Source: Terriglobia bacterium (GTDB taxonomy: Bacteria > Acidobacteriota > Polarisedimenticolia > Polarisedimenticolales > JAIQFR01). From it: a stretch of DNA of 64,000 nt. Shown here piece by piece: positions 36,971 to 48,189 of the stretch (positions are counted from its first letter, which is position 1; the number at the start of each line of letters is the position of its first letter). The notes under the pieces were generated by a model. The model was not told where the DNA came from. It did not search any database and worked only from the letters and a program-made list of their open reading frames with translations. Both the position numbers and the translations under genes were made by a program. The DNA lies in NCBI GenBank assembly GCA_963748015.1, contig CAVVHE010000004.1, positions 1,056,001 to 1,120,000 of the forward strand, read 5' to 3'.

Positions 36971-39695
36971 TCAGCGGGTCCGGCTCTCGATCTCCTCGAT
37001 CCTCTGGCCGACCTCCCGGTAGGACGGGTCGTCGCGGTGGATGGCGCGGAAAAGGTCGAGAGCAGCGTCGGTTTCCCCGCATTGCTCGAGCACCTCCGCG
37101 AGGTCGAAACGGAGGCCCCGGATCGCCTCGTCATCCCCGCCGGGTGCGTCGAGAGCCTGGCGGTACCATCCCGCGGCCTCCTGGATCTCCCCCTTCTCGC
37201 GGTAGCACAGCGCGATCATGCTGCAGGCGTCGCGGAAGAGGTCGGGAGAGCCGGTGGCGATGCGGAACTCGGAGACCGCGTCGTCGAGGATCCCCATTTC
37301 CTTGTAGGCGATGCCCAGATCGTAATGGGTCCGGTGGTCGTCGCGGCCGATCTCCTCCTCCACGTGACGCTTGAAGAGCTGGAAGACATCCTCGACGCTT
37401 TGCTCGTCGAAGGCCGCGGGCGCCGGGGCCGGTTCCTCGGGCGACGTCGCGTCCGCGCCCAGTGCCGCCGTGATGGACTCGAGAGCCTCGTCGTCGAGCG
37501 TCAAGTCGGACCGGCTCGAGTCGCCTTCCGCGCCTTCGAGCACCGCGTCGTCGACCGTCTCGACGACCAGCTCCTCCGAGGCCGCCGGGGCCTGGGCGCC
37601 CTCCGCGCGCGCCTCGAGCGCGGCGAGCCGCTCGCCGCCTCGTCCGAGCGAGCGCTGCGACGCGATCAGCTTCCGCGCGTCCCGCACCATTCCCTGGTCG
37701 AGGTAGAACGAGATCTCCTCGAGGTCGTCGTCGGGCGGCTCGGGCGGCAGTGCCGCCGCGCTCGGCGCAGCCACCGCGGCCTCGACCGGCGCCTCCGCTA
37801 CCTCGTCGTCGATCACGATCTCGACGTCGTACGAAGCGGGCGGCGCCTCGACACGGCTCGGCGCAGGCGCCTCGACACGGCTCGGCGCAGGCGCCTCGAC
37901 ACGGCTCGGCGCGGGCGCCTCGGCTCGGCTCGGCGCAGGCGCCTCGACACGGCTCGGCGCAGGCGCCTCGACACGGCTCGGCGCGGGCGGCTGCGGCGGA
38001 GGGCTTGGGCGCAGGCGCCTCGGCTCGGCTCGGCGCAGGCGCCTCGACACGGCTCGGCGCAGGCGCCTGCTCGTCGGTTTCCAGCTCGGGTCGCAACAGG
38101 GCGAGGCGCTCGAGCAGCGTCCTCGTCTCGGGGTCCAGGCGCGCGGTGAGCGCGGCCTGCTCGGCAGCCTGCGCCGCCTTGTCGAGCTGCCCGGACGCGC
38201 GATGGGCGAGGGCGAGCCCCACGAGGGCATCGCGAAGCCCGGCACGGTCGCCGCGGTCCCGGAGAATGTCGGCCAACCGTTCCTGCGCGCTCGAAAGCCC
38301 GGGGAACTTCCTCGTGATCTCGCGCAGTTGGTCAACCGCCTGGTCCATCAGGCCGTACTTCTCGAAGATCTCGGCCTGCGTGACCCGGCCGGTGACGAAT
38401 TCTTCGTCCGCGGGCCCGAGCGGCACCGCGGGGGTCTCGACGCCTGAAGGGAGCGGCGGCAGACCTTCTCCCGCCTCCTCCCCGGTCTCCTCGGTCGCGG
38501 CCGCCGCGGGGGCCTTGACCGCGACGGACGGCTCGGGCTTCGCTTCGTCGCGACCCCGAGCCTGGGCCCGCGCGGCCGGAGCGAGCTCCTTCAGGCGCTC
38601 CTCGACCGCCGCGGCCTCCTCGTTCATGGAGCGCGCGCGATAGGCCTTCGCAAGCTCCTCGAGGGCCCTCGCCATGCCGGCGCCGTCGGCCTGTTTCCTC
38701 CGCAGCTCGTGGAGCCGCTTGAGCGCCGGCAGGTGGCCGTTGGGCTCGACCCGCGCCAGCCTATCGAGGAGGTGCGCCAGCCGGTCGAGCGCGCCCTCGC
38801 GCGTCCAGCGGGTGACCAGGGATTCGAGCGCCACCCAGGCCGCCTCGGTCCCTCCGCGCTCGACCCGCGAACGCAGCACCCGCTCGAAAGCGTCCTCGGG
38901 CATCGCCTCCGCGAACGGCCCGGTGAGCACGCGCAGCGCTTCCTCGTAGCGCCCCGACTGCTCCTCGATGGAGACGAGGAGGACGGCGAGGCTCCCGTCC
39001 GGCCGGGACTGCAGTGCCCGCTCCAGCGCGGCGACGGCTTCGGGCGCCTTCCCCTCGGAAGCGAGACAGCGCGCGAGCCCGCCCACCGCCTCGGACCGCC
39101 CCGGCATCAGCTCCAGAACGCGACGGTAGATCCTCTCCGCCTCCGCAATCCGGCCACCGTCCCGCGCGGTGTCCGCCACCGCCAGGAGCGTCGTCGCGGC
39201 GCCGGCCGGGTCCCCGGCGGCGGACATCGTCTCCGCGAGACGGAGACGGTGGAGCGGATCAGAGGGGTCCGCCTCGAGGAGCTTCCCGTAGGCTTCCTGC
39301 GCCTCGCGGAACGCGCGCGCAGCCACGAAGCGGTCGGCGGCCCGAAGCAGGTAGCCGCGCGCCTCGCCCGGAAGCTTCTGCCTGAGGTAGAGGTCGCCGA
39401 CCCGCATCAGCGTTTCGGGCCGGTCCGGCTGCGTCCTCAGGACCTTCTTGAGGATCGCGATCGCCTTCAGGAAGAAGCCGCTTCGAGCGTACTCCGTGGC
39501 GATCTTGTCGTAGTAGGCGCAGGCCTCCCCGTCCCGGCCCATCCGGCTCAGCAGGTCGCCTATCAGGTTGAGGAGGGGGAGATCCCGCGGAGACCCTTCC
39601 GCGAGGCGCTGATACTCCTCGAGCGCGGGCTGGAGCCGCCCCTGCTGGAGCAGCCGCTCGGCGTTCCTGCGAGTCTTGTCGAGGTCGGGCGCCAT
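36971..39695 (-). CDS. Large TPR protein with Pro/Ala-rich repeat linker (one frameshift near 37986-38013)
   Basis: N-terminal TPRs (ORF 37131..39695) and C-terminal THYDLGIAYKEMG-type TPRs (ORF 36971..38335) join within the tandem repeat. Confidence 0.8.
37842..38067. repeat. 24-bp tandem repeat, 8 units (6+2) split by a 28-nt interruption; encodes APAPSR(V/A)E
   Basis: Unit GGCGCCTCGACACGGCTCGGCGCA, read directly from the sequence. Confidence 0.92.
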
Positions 39696-39717
39696 GGTCC
39701 TCGCGCTACCTTCGGGT

Positions 39718-40071
39718 TCAGCGGGTCCGCTTCTCCTGGATCCGCGCCTTCTTGCCGGCCCGGCTCCGCAGGTAGGTCAGCTTCGCCCGGCGGACCTTCC
39801 CCTGCCGGACGCGCTCGATCTTCTCCACGATCGGCGAGTGAAGGGGGAAGATCCTCTCGACCCCCACGCCGCCCGATATCTTCCGGACGGTGAACGTCGC
39901 GCGGGCGCTACCGGTGCCGCCTCGCCGCGAGATCACGTCCCCTTCGAAGACCTGGATCCTCGATTTGTCCCCCTCGACCACCCGCACGTGGACCTTGACC
40001 CGGTCCCCCGGCCGGAACTCGGGAACGTCCTTCTTCAGCCCTTCCGCCTCGACACTGCGCAACACGTCCAT
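39718..40071 (-). CDS. rplS: 50S ribosomal protein L19
   Basis: [10 protein letters not shown]...RIQVFEG...[17 protein letters not shown]...GKVRRAKL. Confidence 0.97.
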   Translation of the reverse strand: MDVLRSVEAEGLKKDVPEFRPGDRVKVHVRVVEGDKSRIQVFEGDVISRRGGTGSARATFTVRKISGGVGVERIFPLHSPIVEKIERVRQGKVRRAKLTYLRSRAGKKARIQEKRTR

Positions 40072-40079
40072 GACCATCC

Positions 40080-40796
40080 TCACTCGCGCCCCCCGGGCGC
40101 CGTGCCTTCCGGAATCTCCTCGATCAGGTCGGGCCGCTTCGTCCTCGTCGCCTCCGCCGCCCTCGCCGCGCGCCAGCGCGTGACCGCGGCGTGGTCGCCC
40201 GAGAGCAAGACCTCGGGCACCCCCAGACCGCGGAACCGCTCCGGCCGCGTGTAGTGCGGGAAGTCGAGGACGCCTTCCGAGAACGAATCCCTCTCGGCGG
40301 CCTCGGCCCGGCCCAGCACGCCCTCGACGAATCGCGAAACCGCGTCCACCACCACGAGTGCCGCGAGCTCGCCGCCCGTGAGGACCACGTCGCCGATGCT
40401 CACCTCTTCGTCCGCGAGCGCTTCCCGAACCCTCTCGTCCACTCCTTCGTAACGTCCGCAAAGCAGGATCAGTCTATCGAACTTCGCGAGGCGCTTGGCC
40501 ACGTCGTGCCCGAGGCGCGTCCCCTGCGGCGAGAGCAGGATCACCCGCTCGCTCGGCGCCGGGTATCGCTCGCGAATCCACTCCACCGCCGCGAAGATCG
40601 GCTCCGGTCTCAGGACCATGCCGCCTCCGCCGCCGTACGTCGCGTCATCCACCTGGCGATGACGTCCTATTCCCCACCGGCGCAGGTCGTGCAGCCGCAC
40701 GCCGACGCGCCCTTCCTTCCGCGCCCGTGCCAGCATGCCGTGCGCGAGCGGCCCGGCGAACATCCCGGGGAAAACGGTCACCACGTCGAAGGTCAC
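40080..40796 (-). CDS. trmD: tRNA (guanine37-N1)-methyltransferase
   Basis: [41 protein letters not shown]. Confidence 0.97.
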   Translation of the reverse strand: MTFDVVTVFPGMFAGPLAHGMLARARKEGRVGVRLHDLRRWGIGRHRQVDDATYGGGGGMVLRPEPIFAAVEWIRERYPAPSERVILLSPQGTRLGHDVAKRLAKFDRLILLCGRYEGVDERVREALADEEVSIGDVVLTGGELAALVVVDAVSRFVEGVLGRAEAAERDSFSEGVLDFPHYTRPERFRGLGVPEVLLSGDHAAVTRWRAARAAEATRTKRPDLIEEIPEGTAPGGRE

Positions 40797-41350
40797 CGCC
40801 GCTCCCCCCGGCCGGGCTCCTCGGGCTTCAACCCCTCCGGCAACCGAACCACGATCGGTCCGGCCGGCTCCCGTATCTCCACCACGATGCTCCCGGCCAG
40901 GGGCACCAGGAGCTCTTCTCCGCCGAGCTCGCGAACCACCAGGAGGTCGACCCCGCCGGTGGCCATCACGTCCTCGACCCTGCCCAGCGATCTCCCGCCG
41001 TCGTCCACGACGTCGAGCCCGACGAGGCGCTCGACCCAGTAGACCCCCTGCGGCAGCGCGGGAACCTGATCCGCGGGAGCGAGGACCCAGAGTCCCTTCA
41101 GAGCCTCGGCACGCGTCGGATCATCCACCCCCGCCAGTTTCAGCACGAGGCGGTCGCGGTACGCCCGGCTCCGCTCCACCCCGAAACGTCTCGGCTCGTC
41201 GCCGGGATCCCCATCCCCTTCGGGACGGCCGACCAGCACCTCCGTCAGCCCCGTCCACCTGCCGGCCTCCCCCGAGGCCACCTTGACCGTGAACTCCCCC
41301 GCCAGGCCGCGAAAGCCAGCGATTCTCCCCACGGGAAGGGGCCGGCCCAC
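40793..41350 (-). CDS. rimM: Ribosome maturation factor RimM
   Basis: VGRIAGFRGLAGE N-terminal motif, PRC barrel; canonical position in the operon. Confidence 0.92.
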   Translation of the reverse strand: MGRPLPVGRIAGFRGLAGEFTVKVASGEAGRWTGLTEVLVGRPEGDGDPGDEPRRFGVERSRAYRDRLVLKLAGVDDPTRAEALKGLWVLAPADQVPALPQGVYWVERLVGLDVVDDGGRSLGRVEDVMATGGVDLLVVRELGGEELLVPLAGSIVVEIREPAGPIVVRLPEGLKPEEPGRGERR

Positions 41351-41353
41351 GGA

Positions 41354-41584
41354 CTACTCGAGGATCTCGAGGGCGACCCTCTTCCGATGCTTCATTCCTG
41401 CCGCCGCGAGTATCGTTCGGATGGAGCGCGCGGTCCTCCCCTGCTTTCCGATGACCTTTCCGAGGTCTTCCTGGGCCACCCTCAGCTCCAGGACCGTCGT
41501 CTGCTCCTCTTCGATCTCCGCGACCGCCACTTCGTCCGGCCGGTCCACCAGCGCTTTCGCGATCAGTTCCAGCAGCTCCCTCAT
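41354..41584 (-). CDS. khpA: KH domain RNA-binding protein
   Basis: [20 protein letters not shown]; between rpsP and rimM. Confidence 0.93.
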   Translation of the reverse strand: MRELLELIAKALVDRPDEVAVAEIEEEQTTVLELRVAQEDLGKVIGKQGRTARSIRTILAAAGMKHRKRVALEILE

Positions 41585-41640
41585 GGGCGATCCCTCTGCC
41601 GAACGGGCGCCGCGGGGGCGGCCCCGCGGTCAGCGGCGAC

Positions 41641-41886
41641 TCACGCCTGGGGGGTCCGGGCTCGCTCGATGATGCTCTTCACCGTCTCGGAGGGATGAGC
41701 TCCCTTCCGGATCCACTCCTCGGCCCGCGCCAGGTCCAGCTTGACGGTGGGGGGGTTCGTGGAGGGATCGTAGCTCCCCAGGGTGTCCACGGAACGGCTC
41801 ACGGGGACCTGCCGGGAGTCGGAGACGACCACCCTGTAGTGGGGCTCCTGTCTCGCTCCGGCCCTCCGCAGTCGGATCTTCAGCAC
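41641..41886 (-). CDS. rpsP: 30S ribosomal protein S16
   Basis: LKIRLRRAG...YRVVVSDSR...GAHPSETV. Confidence 0.96.
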   Translation of the reverse strand: MLKIRLRRAGARQEPHYRVVVSDSRQVPVSRSVDTLGSYDPSTNPPTVKLDLARAEEWIRKGAHPSETVKSIIERARTPQA

Positions 41887-41932
41887 GTCGTCATCCTCCA
41901 GGCGCCTCGGCGCTCGAAACCATCAATATAGC

Positions 41933-43261
41933 CTATCGACCAAGAAAGGGCAGCCGGAAGCCCTTCTTGCCCTTCGTGGCCTGCAGGGTCTTCATCATCC
42001 GGCGCATCTGCGCGAACTGCTTGAGCAGCCGGTTGATCTCCGGGACGCTCTGGCCGCTTCCCCTGGCGATCCGTCGTTTCCGGCTTCCGTTCAGGACCTG
42101 CGGGTTGGCGCGCTCGCCGGGCGTCATCGAGTCGATGATGGAGACAACGCGCGTGATCGCGCCCGGATCGAGGTCGGCCTCGCGAACCGCCGACATCCCA
42201 GGGATCATCCCCGCGATGGCCTGGAGAGGGCCCATCTTGCGGAGGGTGCGGAGCTGGTCGGCGAACTCCAGGAGGGTGAACTGGTTCCTTCGGATCTTCT
42301 TTTCGAGGTCCCTCGCCTGGTCCTCGTCGAACGCCTCCTCGGCCTTCTCGATCAGGCCGAGAATGTCCCCCATGCCCAGGATCCGGCCGACCAGGCGATC
42401 CGGATGGAAGGCCTCGAACTCCGACGTGCGCTCTCCGATTCCCACGAACTTGATCGGGACGCCGGTCACGTGCCGGATCGAGAGCGCCGCGCCGCCCCGA
42501 GCGTCGCCGTCCATCTTCGTCAGGATCACGCCGGTCAGGCCGAGGGCGCGATGGAACTCCCCGGCCGACCGGACCGCGTCCTGGCCGGTCATCGCGTCGG
42601 CGACGAACAGGATCTCGGCCGGATCGAGGGCGGCCTTGAGCCTGCGCAGCTCGTCCATGAGCGCGTCGTCGATGTGCAGCCGCCCCGCGGTGTCCACGAG
42701 GACCGTGTCGTACCCGGACCGCCTCGCGTCGAGCTCCCCGTCGCGGGCGATCTCCACCGGGTCGCGACGGCCGTCGTGCTCGAAGACCTTGAGGCCGGCG
42801 GAGTGCCCGACGCGCACCAGCTGCTCGATGGCCGCGGGCCGGTAGACGTCCGCGGGCACCAGCATCGGGTACCGCCCCGCGTTCTTGAGCCACAGCCCGA
42901 GCTTGGCCGTCGTGGTGGTCTTGCCGGAGCCCTGCAGGCCCACCATCAGGACGACGGACGGCGGCTTGGACGCGAACTTGAGACGCCCCGGTTCGGACTC
43001 GCCGAGAAGATCGACGAGCTCGTCCCGCAAGACCTTGACGACCTGCTGCGCGGGGCTCAAGCTCTTGAGTACGTCCTCTCCGAGCGCCTTCTCCCTCACG
43101 CGGTCGAGAAGGGCGCGAACGACCCCCACGTGGACGTCCGCCTCGAGGAGCGCCAGACGGATCTCCCTCAGGCTCTCTCCCAGGACGGCCTCGTTCACGC
43201 GGGCCTGTCCCCGGAGACTCTTGAAGATCCCCTGCAGGCGCTCCGATAGCGCGTCGAACAC
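41933..43261 (-). CDS. ffh: Signal recognition particle protein
   Basis: GLQGSGKTTT, DTAGRL, TKMDGDARGGAALS, SRKRRIARGSG. Confidence 0.98.
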   Translation of the reverse strand: MFDALSERLQGIFKSLRGQARVNEAVLGESLREIRLALLEADVHVGVVRALLDRVREKALGEDVLKSLSPAQQVVKVLRDELVDLLGESEPGRLKFASKPPSVVLMVGLQGSGKTTTTAKLGLWLKNAGRYPMLVPADVYRPAAIEQLVRVGHSAGLKVFEHDGRRDPVEIARDGELDARRSGYDTVLVDTAGRLHIDDALMDELRRLKAALDPAEILFVADAMTGQDAVRSAGEFHRALGLTGVILTKMDGDARGGAALSIRHVTGVPIKFVGIGERTSEFEAFHPDRLVGRILGMGDILGLIEKAEEAFDEDQARDLEKKIRRNQFTLLEFADQLRTLRKMGPLQAIAGMIPGMSAVREADLDPGAITRVVSIIDSMTPGERANPQVLNGSRKRRIARGSGQSVPEINRLLKQFAQMRRMMKTLQATKGKKGFRLPFLGR

Positions 43262-43307
43262 GGAACCCCCTGAGCCGGCTGGACTTCAGCGCGGTGCGAA
43301 AGCGGGC

Positions 43308-43313
43308 ATTATA
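43308..43313 (-). promoter_or_regulatory. -10 element (TATAAT) upstream of ffh
   Basis: Perfect TATAAT on the minus strand in an otherwise very GC-rich intergenic region. Confidence 0.5.
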
Positions 43314-43352
43314 GCGGGCGGGGAGGTCCGGCGTCCAGGAAGGCGGCGGGAA

Positions 43353-44585
43353 TCAAACCGACTCGAGAAGGTGCCCCATCTTGTTCTTCTTGGTGCGGAG
43401 GTACTCGATGTTGTCGCGGTGCGGAGGGAGCTCGAGCGGAACCCGCTCCACGAGCTCGAGCCCGTAACCCTCGAGCGCGACGTACTTTCCGGGGTTGTTC
43501 GTCATGAGGCGCAGCCGCCTTATACCCAGCTCGTAGAGGATCTGCGCCCCGACGCCGTAATCCCGGTGGTCCGCCTCGAACCCGAGCAGCAAGTTCGCCT
43601 CGACCGTGTCCTTGTGCTGCCGGTCCTGCACTTCGTAGGCTCGCAGCTTGTTGGCGAGACCGATCCCGCGCCCCTCCTGGCGCAGGTACAGGACGACCCC
43701 CGTCCCTTGCTTCGCGATCATGTCCATCGCCAGGTCGAGCTGGGCGCCGCAATCGCAGCGGGTGGACCCGAACACGTCGCCCGTCAGGCACTCCGAGTGC
43801 ACGCGGACGAGGACCGGCTCGTCGGCCCGCGGCTCTCCCATCACCAGCGCGACGTGCACCTGGTCCTCGAGCTCGTAGTGGAACGCGTGGACCTTCCAGG
43901 GCCCGCGCGCCGTCGGCAGGTCCGGAGAGGCGACCCTCGTGACGAGCCGCTCGTTCCGCATCCGGTGCCGGATGAGGTCGGCGATCGTGAGCATACGAAT
44001 GCCGTGGCGCTTCGAGAACTCGCGCAGCTCGGGGACCCGCGCCATCGTCCCGTCCGGGTTCATGACCTCGCAGATCACCGCGGCGGGCTTCAGGCCGGCG
44101 AGGCGGGCGAGGTCCACCGAGGCCTCGGTCTGCCCCGCGCGCTTCAGGACGCCACCCTTGTGGGCGCGAAGCGGGAAGACGTGGCCGGGGCGCACGAGGT
44201 CGCCCGGCCGCGTCGCCGGGTCCACCGTGACGCGGATCGTCCGGGCCCGGTCGGCGGCGGAGATCCCGGTCGTGACGTCGTGCCGCGCCTCGATGGACAC
44301 GCAGAACGCCGTCCCGTAGCGCGAGGTGTTCTCCTCCACCATCAGCGGGATGTTCAGCTCGTCGAGACGCTCGGCGGCCATGGGGAGGCAGATCAGCCCC
44401 CGGCCGTGGGTCGCCATGAAGTTCACGATCTGAGGCGTGACGAACTCGGCGGCGCAGGCGAGGTCCCCCTCGTTCTCGCGGTCCTCGTCGTCGAGGATGA
44501 GGATCATCTTCCCGGCGCGAAGATCCTCGATCGCCTCCTCCACGGTGGCGAATTCACGATCCCGATGCCCTGCCTTCTCCGTCAT
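43353..44585 (-). CDS. ribBA: Bifunctional DHBP synthase / GTP cyclohydrolase II
   Basis: [47 protein letters not shown]. Confidence 0.97.
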   Translation of the reverse strand: MTEKAGHRDREFATVEEAIEDLRAGKMILILDDEDRENEGDLACAAEFVTPQIVNFMATHGRGLICLPMAAERLDELNIPLMVEENTSRYGTAFCVSIEARHDVTTGISAADRARTIRVTVDPATRPGDLVRPGHVFPLRAHKGGVLKRAGQTEASVDLARLAGLKPAAVICEVMNPDGTMARVPELREFSKRHGIRMLTIADLIRHRMRNERLVTRVASPDLPTARGPWKVHAFHYELEDQVHVALVMGEPRADEPVLVRVHSECLTGDVFGSTRCDCGAQLDLAMDMIAKQGTGVVLYLRQEGRGIGLANKLRAYEVQDRQHKDTVEANLLLGFEADHRDYGVGAQILYELGIRRLRLMTNNPGKYVALEGYGLELVERVPLELPPHRDNIEYLRTKKNKMGHLLESV

Positions 44586-45238
44586 TTCACACCGATCCTC
44601 GTGCTCCGCCCGCGCGCGGGTCCGCGAAAGCCGCTCCCCGCGCCCGCCGGGCCGCACTCGAGCAGCCTTTCAAGATACCTCGCCAGGAGGTCCGCCTCCA
44701 CATGGACCTCGTCCCCGGCGGCGAGCGAGCCGAGCGTGGTCCTCCTGAGCGTCTCCGGCACGAGGGCGACCTCGAAGCTCCCTGCCTCCACCGAGGCCAC
44801 GGTGAGCGACACCCCCTGGAGGGCGACCGATCCCTTCGCGGCGACGTAGCGGGCGAGCGAAGCGGGAAGATCGAGGCGGAGCCGCCAGTCGTCTCCGCGC
44901 CGGTCGACCCGGAGCACGCGACTGGTGCCGTCCACGTGTCCTTGAACGAGATGGCCCCCGACGCGGTCGCCGAGACGAAGAGCGCGCTCGAGGTTGACGC
45001 GCCGTCCGGCGCGCGCCGCGCCGAGAGTCGTGCGGGCCAGCGTCTCCGCGACGGCGTCGAAGGAGATGCGCCGGCCCTCGATGGCGCTCGCGGTGAGGCA
45101 CACGCCGTCCACCGCGATGCTGTCCCCCGGCTTCACCTCGCCCGACGGGAGGTCGCTCTCGATCGCGAGGCGCACCGACCCGGCGCGCCGGGTCGCCGCG
45201 GCCACCTTCCCGACCGTTTCCACGAGACCCGTGAACAT
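44582..45238 (-). CDS. ribE: Riboflavin synthase (alpha chain)
   Basis: [30 protein letters not shown]. Confidence 0.96.
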   Translation of the reverse strand: MFTGLVETVGKVAAATRRAGSVRLAIESDLPSGEVKPGDSIAVDGVCLTASAIEGRRISFDAVAETLARTTLGAARAGRRVNLERALRLGDRVGGHLVQGHVDGTSRVLRVDRRGDDWRLRLDLPASLARYVAAKGSVALQGVSLTVASVEAGSFEVALVPETLRRTTLGSLAAGDEVHVEADLLARYLERLLECGPAGAGSGFRGPARGRSTRIGVK

Positions 45239-45282
45239 CGCCCTCTCCTCTCAAAGCACGGCGGCCCCGCGCGGCCTCCGCT

Positions 45283-46428
45283 TCAGCTCGATCCCGTAGC
45301 GGTCGTGCGGTCGCCGTCCCTCGGGCGGATCGTGCCGAGAAGTACCGTGTCCGCTCCGAGCGGGAATCGCTGCTCCACGTCGATCCCGATCGCGCCGCGA
45401 GGCGACGCGGGAGCGTCGAGTTCGAGCAGCGGCGTCGCTCCCCGCGCGCCGATCAGGATCGGCGCGCCGAAGAGCGCCACGCGATCGGCGAGCCCCGCCT
45501 CCAGGAATCCGCCGAGCGTCCTCGCCCCGCCCTCCACGAGCACCGAGAGCACCCCCAGCGCGGCCAAGTCCGCGAGCACCGCCGCGAGGTCGAGGCGGCC
45601 GCCGGGAGCCGGCACCGGAACCACGGCCACCTGCGGACCGAATCGCGCCGCCCGGCCCGGCGACCGGTCCGCCGCCGCGTAGATCCTCACCGGCCCCGCG
45701 CCATCGCCGAGCAGGCGCGCGCCAAGGGGGACGTCCAGGCCGGGGGCGAGGACCACGCGCAGCCGCTCCGCGCGCACGCCGGGGAGACGCACGGCGAGCG
45801 AGGGGTCGTCGCGTCGCAACGTTCCCGCGCCGACGAGGATCGCGTCGTGACGATACCGCAGACGGTGGGCGAAGATCCTCGAGGCCTCTCCGGTGATCCA
45901 CTGCGACGCCCCGCCGAGCGCCGCGATCATCCCGTCCGCGCTGGCGGCCGCTTTCAAGGTCACGAGCGGACGTCCGGAGGCGTGGACCGTCAGGAAGGGG
46001 GCGTTGATCCGGCGCGCGTCGCCCTCGAGCAGCCCGGCCTCCACCTCGATCCCGGCCGCCCGCAGCCGCGCGAAGCCGGCCCCGTTCACCTCGGGATTCG
46101 GATCCACGATCGAGGCCACGACGCGGCGGATCCCGGCGCGCGCGAGGAGATCGGCGCACGGCGGCGTCCGGCCGTGATGGGCGCACGGCTCGAGGTTGAC
46201 GTACAGCGTGGCGCCGCGCGCCCGATCCCCCGCGTCGGCGACCGCCCTCGCCTCCGCGTGAGGCTCGCCCGCCGCCCGGTGGAAACCGCGGCCCACGACG
46301 GTCCCGTCGCGGGCGACGACGCAGCCGACCCGGGGATTCGGGCTCGCGGAACCCTCGCCGAGGGCGGCGAGGGCCAGCGCCTGCTCCATGAAGCGGCGGT
46401 CCGCCTCGGCGGAGGCGGGGGGGGTCAT
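45283..46428 (-). CDS. ribD: Riboflavin biosynthesis deaminase/reductase
   Basis: PNPRVGCV, HAE, LEPCAHHGRTPPC, LVEGG. Confidence 0.96.
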   Translation of the reverse strand: MTPPASAEADRRFMEQALALAALGEGSASPNPRVGCVVARDGTVVGRGFHRAAGEPHAEARAVADAGDRARGATLYVNLEPCAHHGRTPPCADLLARAGIRRVVASIVDPNPEVNGAGFARLRAAGIEVEAGLLEGDARRINAPFLTVHASGRPLVTLKAAASADGMIAALGGASQWITGEASRIFAHRLRYRHDAILVGAGTLRRDDPSLAVRLPGVRAERLRVVLAPGLDVPLGARLLGDGAGPVRIYAAADRSPGRAARFGPQVAVVPVPAPGGRLDLAAVLADLAALGVLSVLVEGGARTLGGFLEAGLADRVALFGAPILIGARGATPLLELDAPASPRGAIGIDVEQRFPLGADTVLLGTIRPRDGDRTTATGSS

Positions 46429-47348
46429 CCGCGCTCCTCCTCGCCGAGGAGGCCGTCCACGTAGGCGTCGGGGTCGAAGTCGAGGAGATCGTCCACCGCC
46501 TCGCCCACCCCCACGTACCGGATCGGCACGCCGAGCACCCGGTGGATGTTCATCGCCACGCCGCCCTTGGCGGTGCCGTCGAGCTTCGTGAGGATCACCC
46601 CCGTGATCGGCACCGCGCGGGTGAATTCCCTCGCCTGGTTGAGGCCGTTCTGCCCCGTCGTCGCGTCCACGACCAGGAGGACCTCGTGCGGCGCCCCCTC
46701 GACCTCGCGCGACGCGACGCGCGCCATCTTCGAGAGCTCCGCCATCAGGTTCGACTTCGTGTGGAGGCGTCCGGCGGTGTCCACCAGCACGGTGTCCACC
46801 CCGCGGTGGCCCGCCGAGCGCAGCGCGTCGAACACCACCGCGGAAGGATCCGAGCCTTCCTTTTGCTTCAGGATCTCGGCCCCCGCCCGCTCGACCCACC
46901 GCTCGAGCTGGTCGATCGCCGCGGCGCGGAACGTGTCCGCGGCCACCACCACCACCTTGCGCCCGAGGTCGCGCTCTCGCGCCGCGAGCTTGCCGACCGT
47001 CGTGGTCTTCCCGCCGCCGTTCACTCCGACCACGAACACCACGCGGGGGCGCGTCCCGACGCCGCGGTCGCCCGGCGCCGCGGGGAGAGAGGCCCGAAGC
47101 GCCTCGCGCACCGCGCCTCGGAGTCCGTCGCCGTCCAGCGGCTCGCGGCGCGCCCTCTCGCGCACGGCGCCCATCACCTCGGCCGTGAGGGACGGGCCGA
47201 GATCGGCGGCCAGGAGGCTCGCCTCGAGGTCGTCCAGGACCTCCTCGTCCACCGGCCGGTTCCCGACCACCGCCTGGAGCGTGGAAGCCAGCCCCTCCCG
47301 CGTCCGGGCGAGGCCCTTGATCAGCTTCCTGAGGACCGTGAACGCCAT
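46425..47348 (-). CDS. ftsY: SRP receptor FtsY
   Basis: GVNGGGKTTT, DTFRAAAIDQL, DTAGRLHTK, TKLDGTAKGG. Confidence 0.97.
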   Translation of the reverse strand: MAFTVLRKLIKGLARTREGLASTLQAVVGNRPVDEEVLDDLEASLLAADLGPSLTAEVMGAVRERARREPLDGDGLRGAVREALRASLPAAPGDRGVGTRPRVVFVVGVNGGGKTTTVGKLAARERDLGRKVVVVAADTFRAAAIDQLERWVERAGAEILKQKEGSDPSAVVFDALRSAGHRGVDTVLVDTAGRLHTKSNLMAELSKMARVASREVEGAPHEVLLVVDATTGQNGLNQAREFTRAVPITGVILTKLDGTAKGGVAMNIHRVLGVPIRYVGVGEAVDDLLDFDPDAYVDGLLGEEERG

Positions 47349-48124
47349 CAGCGCATCAACTTCAGCAGGTCGTCGGACTTCGCGGCGGCCTCGCTCCCCG
47401 GCGAGATCTCGATGGCGCGCTTGAGATTCTCGTTCGCCTTGAAACGTTCGCCCAGGCGGAAGTACCCGAAGCCGAGCCGGTAGAAGTACTCGCCGGACGA
47501 CCCGTAGCCCGGCGCGGCGACCTCGTACTCGCGAACCGCCTCGTCGATGCGGCCCGTCCGGTCGAGAAGCGCGGCCAGCTCGAAGTGCGCCTGGTAGTAC
47601 TTGGGGTTGATCTCGACCGCCTTGCGGTACTCGCGAATCGCCTCCTCGTCCCTCCCCTGGGAGGCGTACAGGAGTCCGAGGTTCAGGCGCACTTTCTCGG
47701 GCGTCGGGTAGGCGGGAGACGCGAGAGCCAGCCGGTACTCCTTCTCCGCCTCGTCCTTCCTGCCGGTGCGGTCGTAGAGGGCGCCGAGATTGTTGTGCGC
47801 GTCGGCGAGGTCGGGGTCGAGCTCGAGCGTCTTTCGGAACGCCGCCTCCGCGGCCTCGTTGTGGCCGGCCATGAAGCAGACCTGCCCGTAGAAATTCCTG
47901 AGGCCGGCGTTGGTCGGCTCGGCGACGAGGGCCTGGTCGAGCACGTCGAGCGCCTCCTTCGTCCTTCCGGCCTGGAGATACGCCTGCGCCATCCGCATCT
48001 TGTTGGCCATCTCGGCCATCGGGTCCTTCTTCGGCTCTGGCGCCTGCGAGGCGCAACCCGCCAGGAGCCCCGCGAGCAGCAGGACCGCGATGCCCGACGG
48101 CACGAGGTTCGCCCCACGTTTCAT
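47348..48124 (-). CDS. TPR lipoprotein, PilF/PilW (type IV pilus secretin pilotin)-like
   Basis: LAGC lipobox; AHNNLGALY, YPTPEKVRLNLG TPRs. Confidence 0.75.
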   Translation of the reverse strand: MKRGANLVPSGIAVLLLAGLLAGCASQAPEPKKDPMAEMANKMRMAQAYLQAGRTKEALDVLDQALVAEPTNAGLRNFYGQVCFMAGHNEAAEAAFRKTLELDPDLADAHNNLGALYDRTGRKDEAEKEYRLALASPAYPTPEKVRLNLGLLYASQGRDEEAIREYRKAVEINPKYYQAHFELAALLDRTGRIDEAVREYEVAAPGYGSSGEYFYRLGFGYFRLGERFKANENLKRAIEISPGSEAAAKSDDLLKLMR

Positions 48125-48189
48125 GTCGCCTCCGCGCTCGGCCCCCGCGGCTTCACGATCGCGCCGCGGGCGACTTCGGGAAAACAGTA

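Noticed and set aside
37842..38067. CRISPR array
   Set aside because: Head-to-tail 24-bp units without unique spacers, in frame within a CDS; no cas genes.
43262..43352. SRP RNA (ffs) or FMN riboswitch near ffh/rib genes
   Set aside because: No SRP domain IV or RFN consensus was recognised; only a TATAAT -10 element is evident, and ribD is coupled directly to ftsY.
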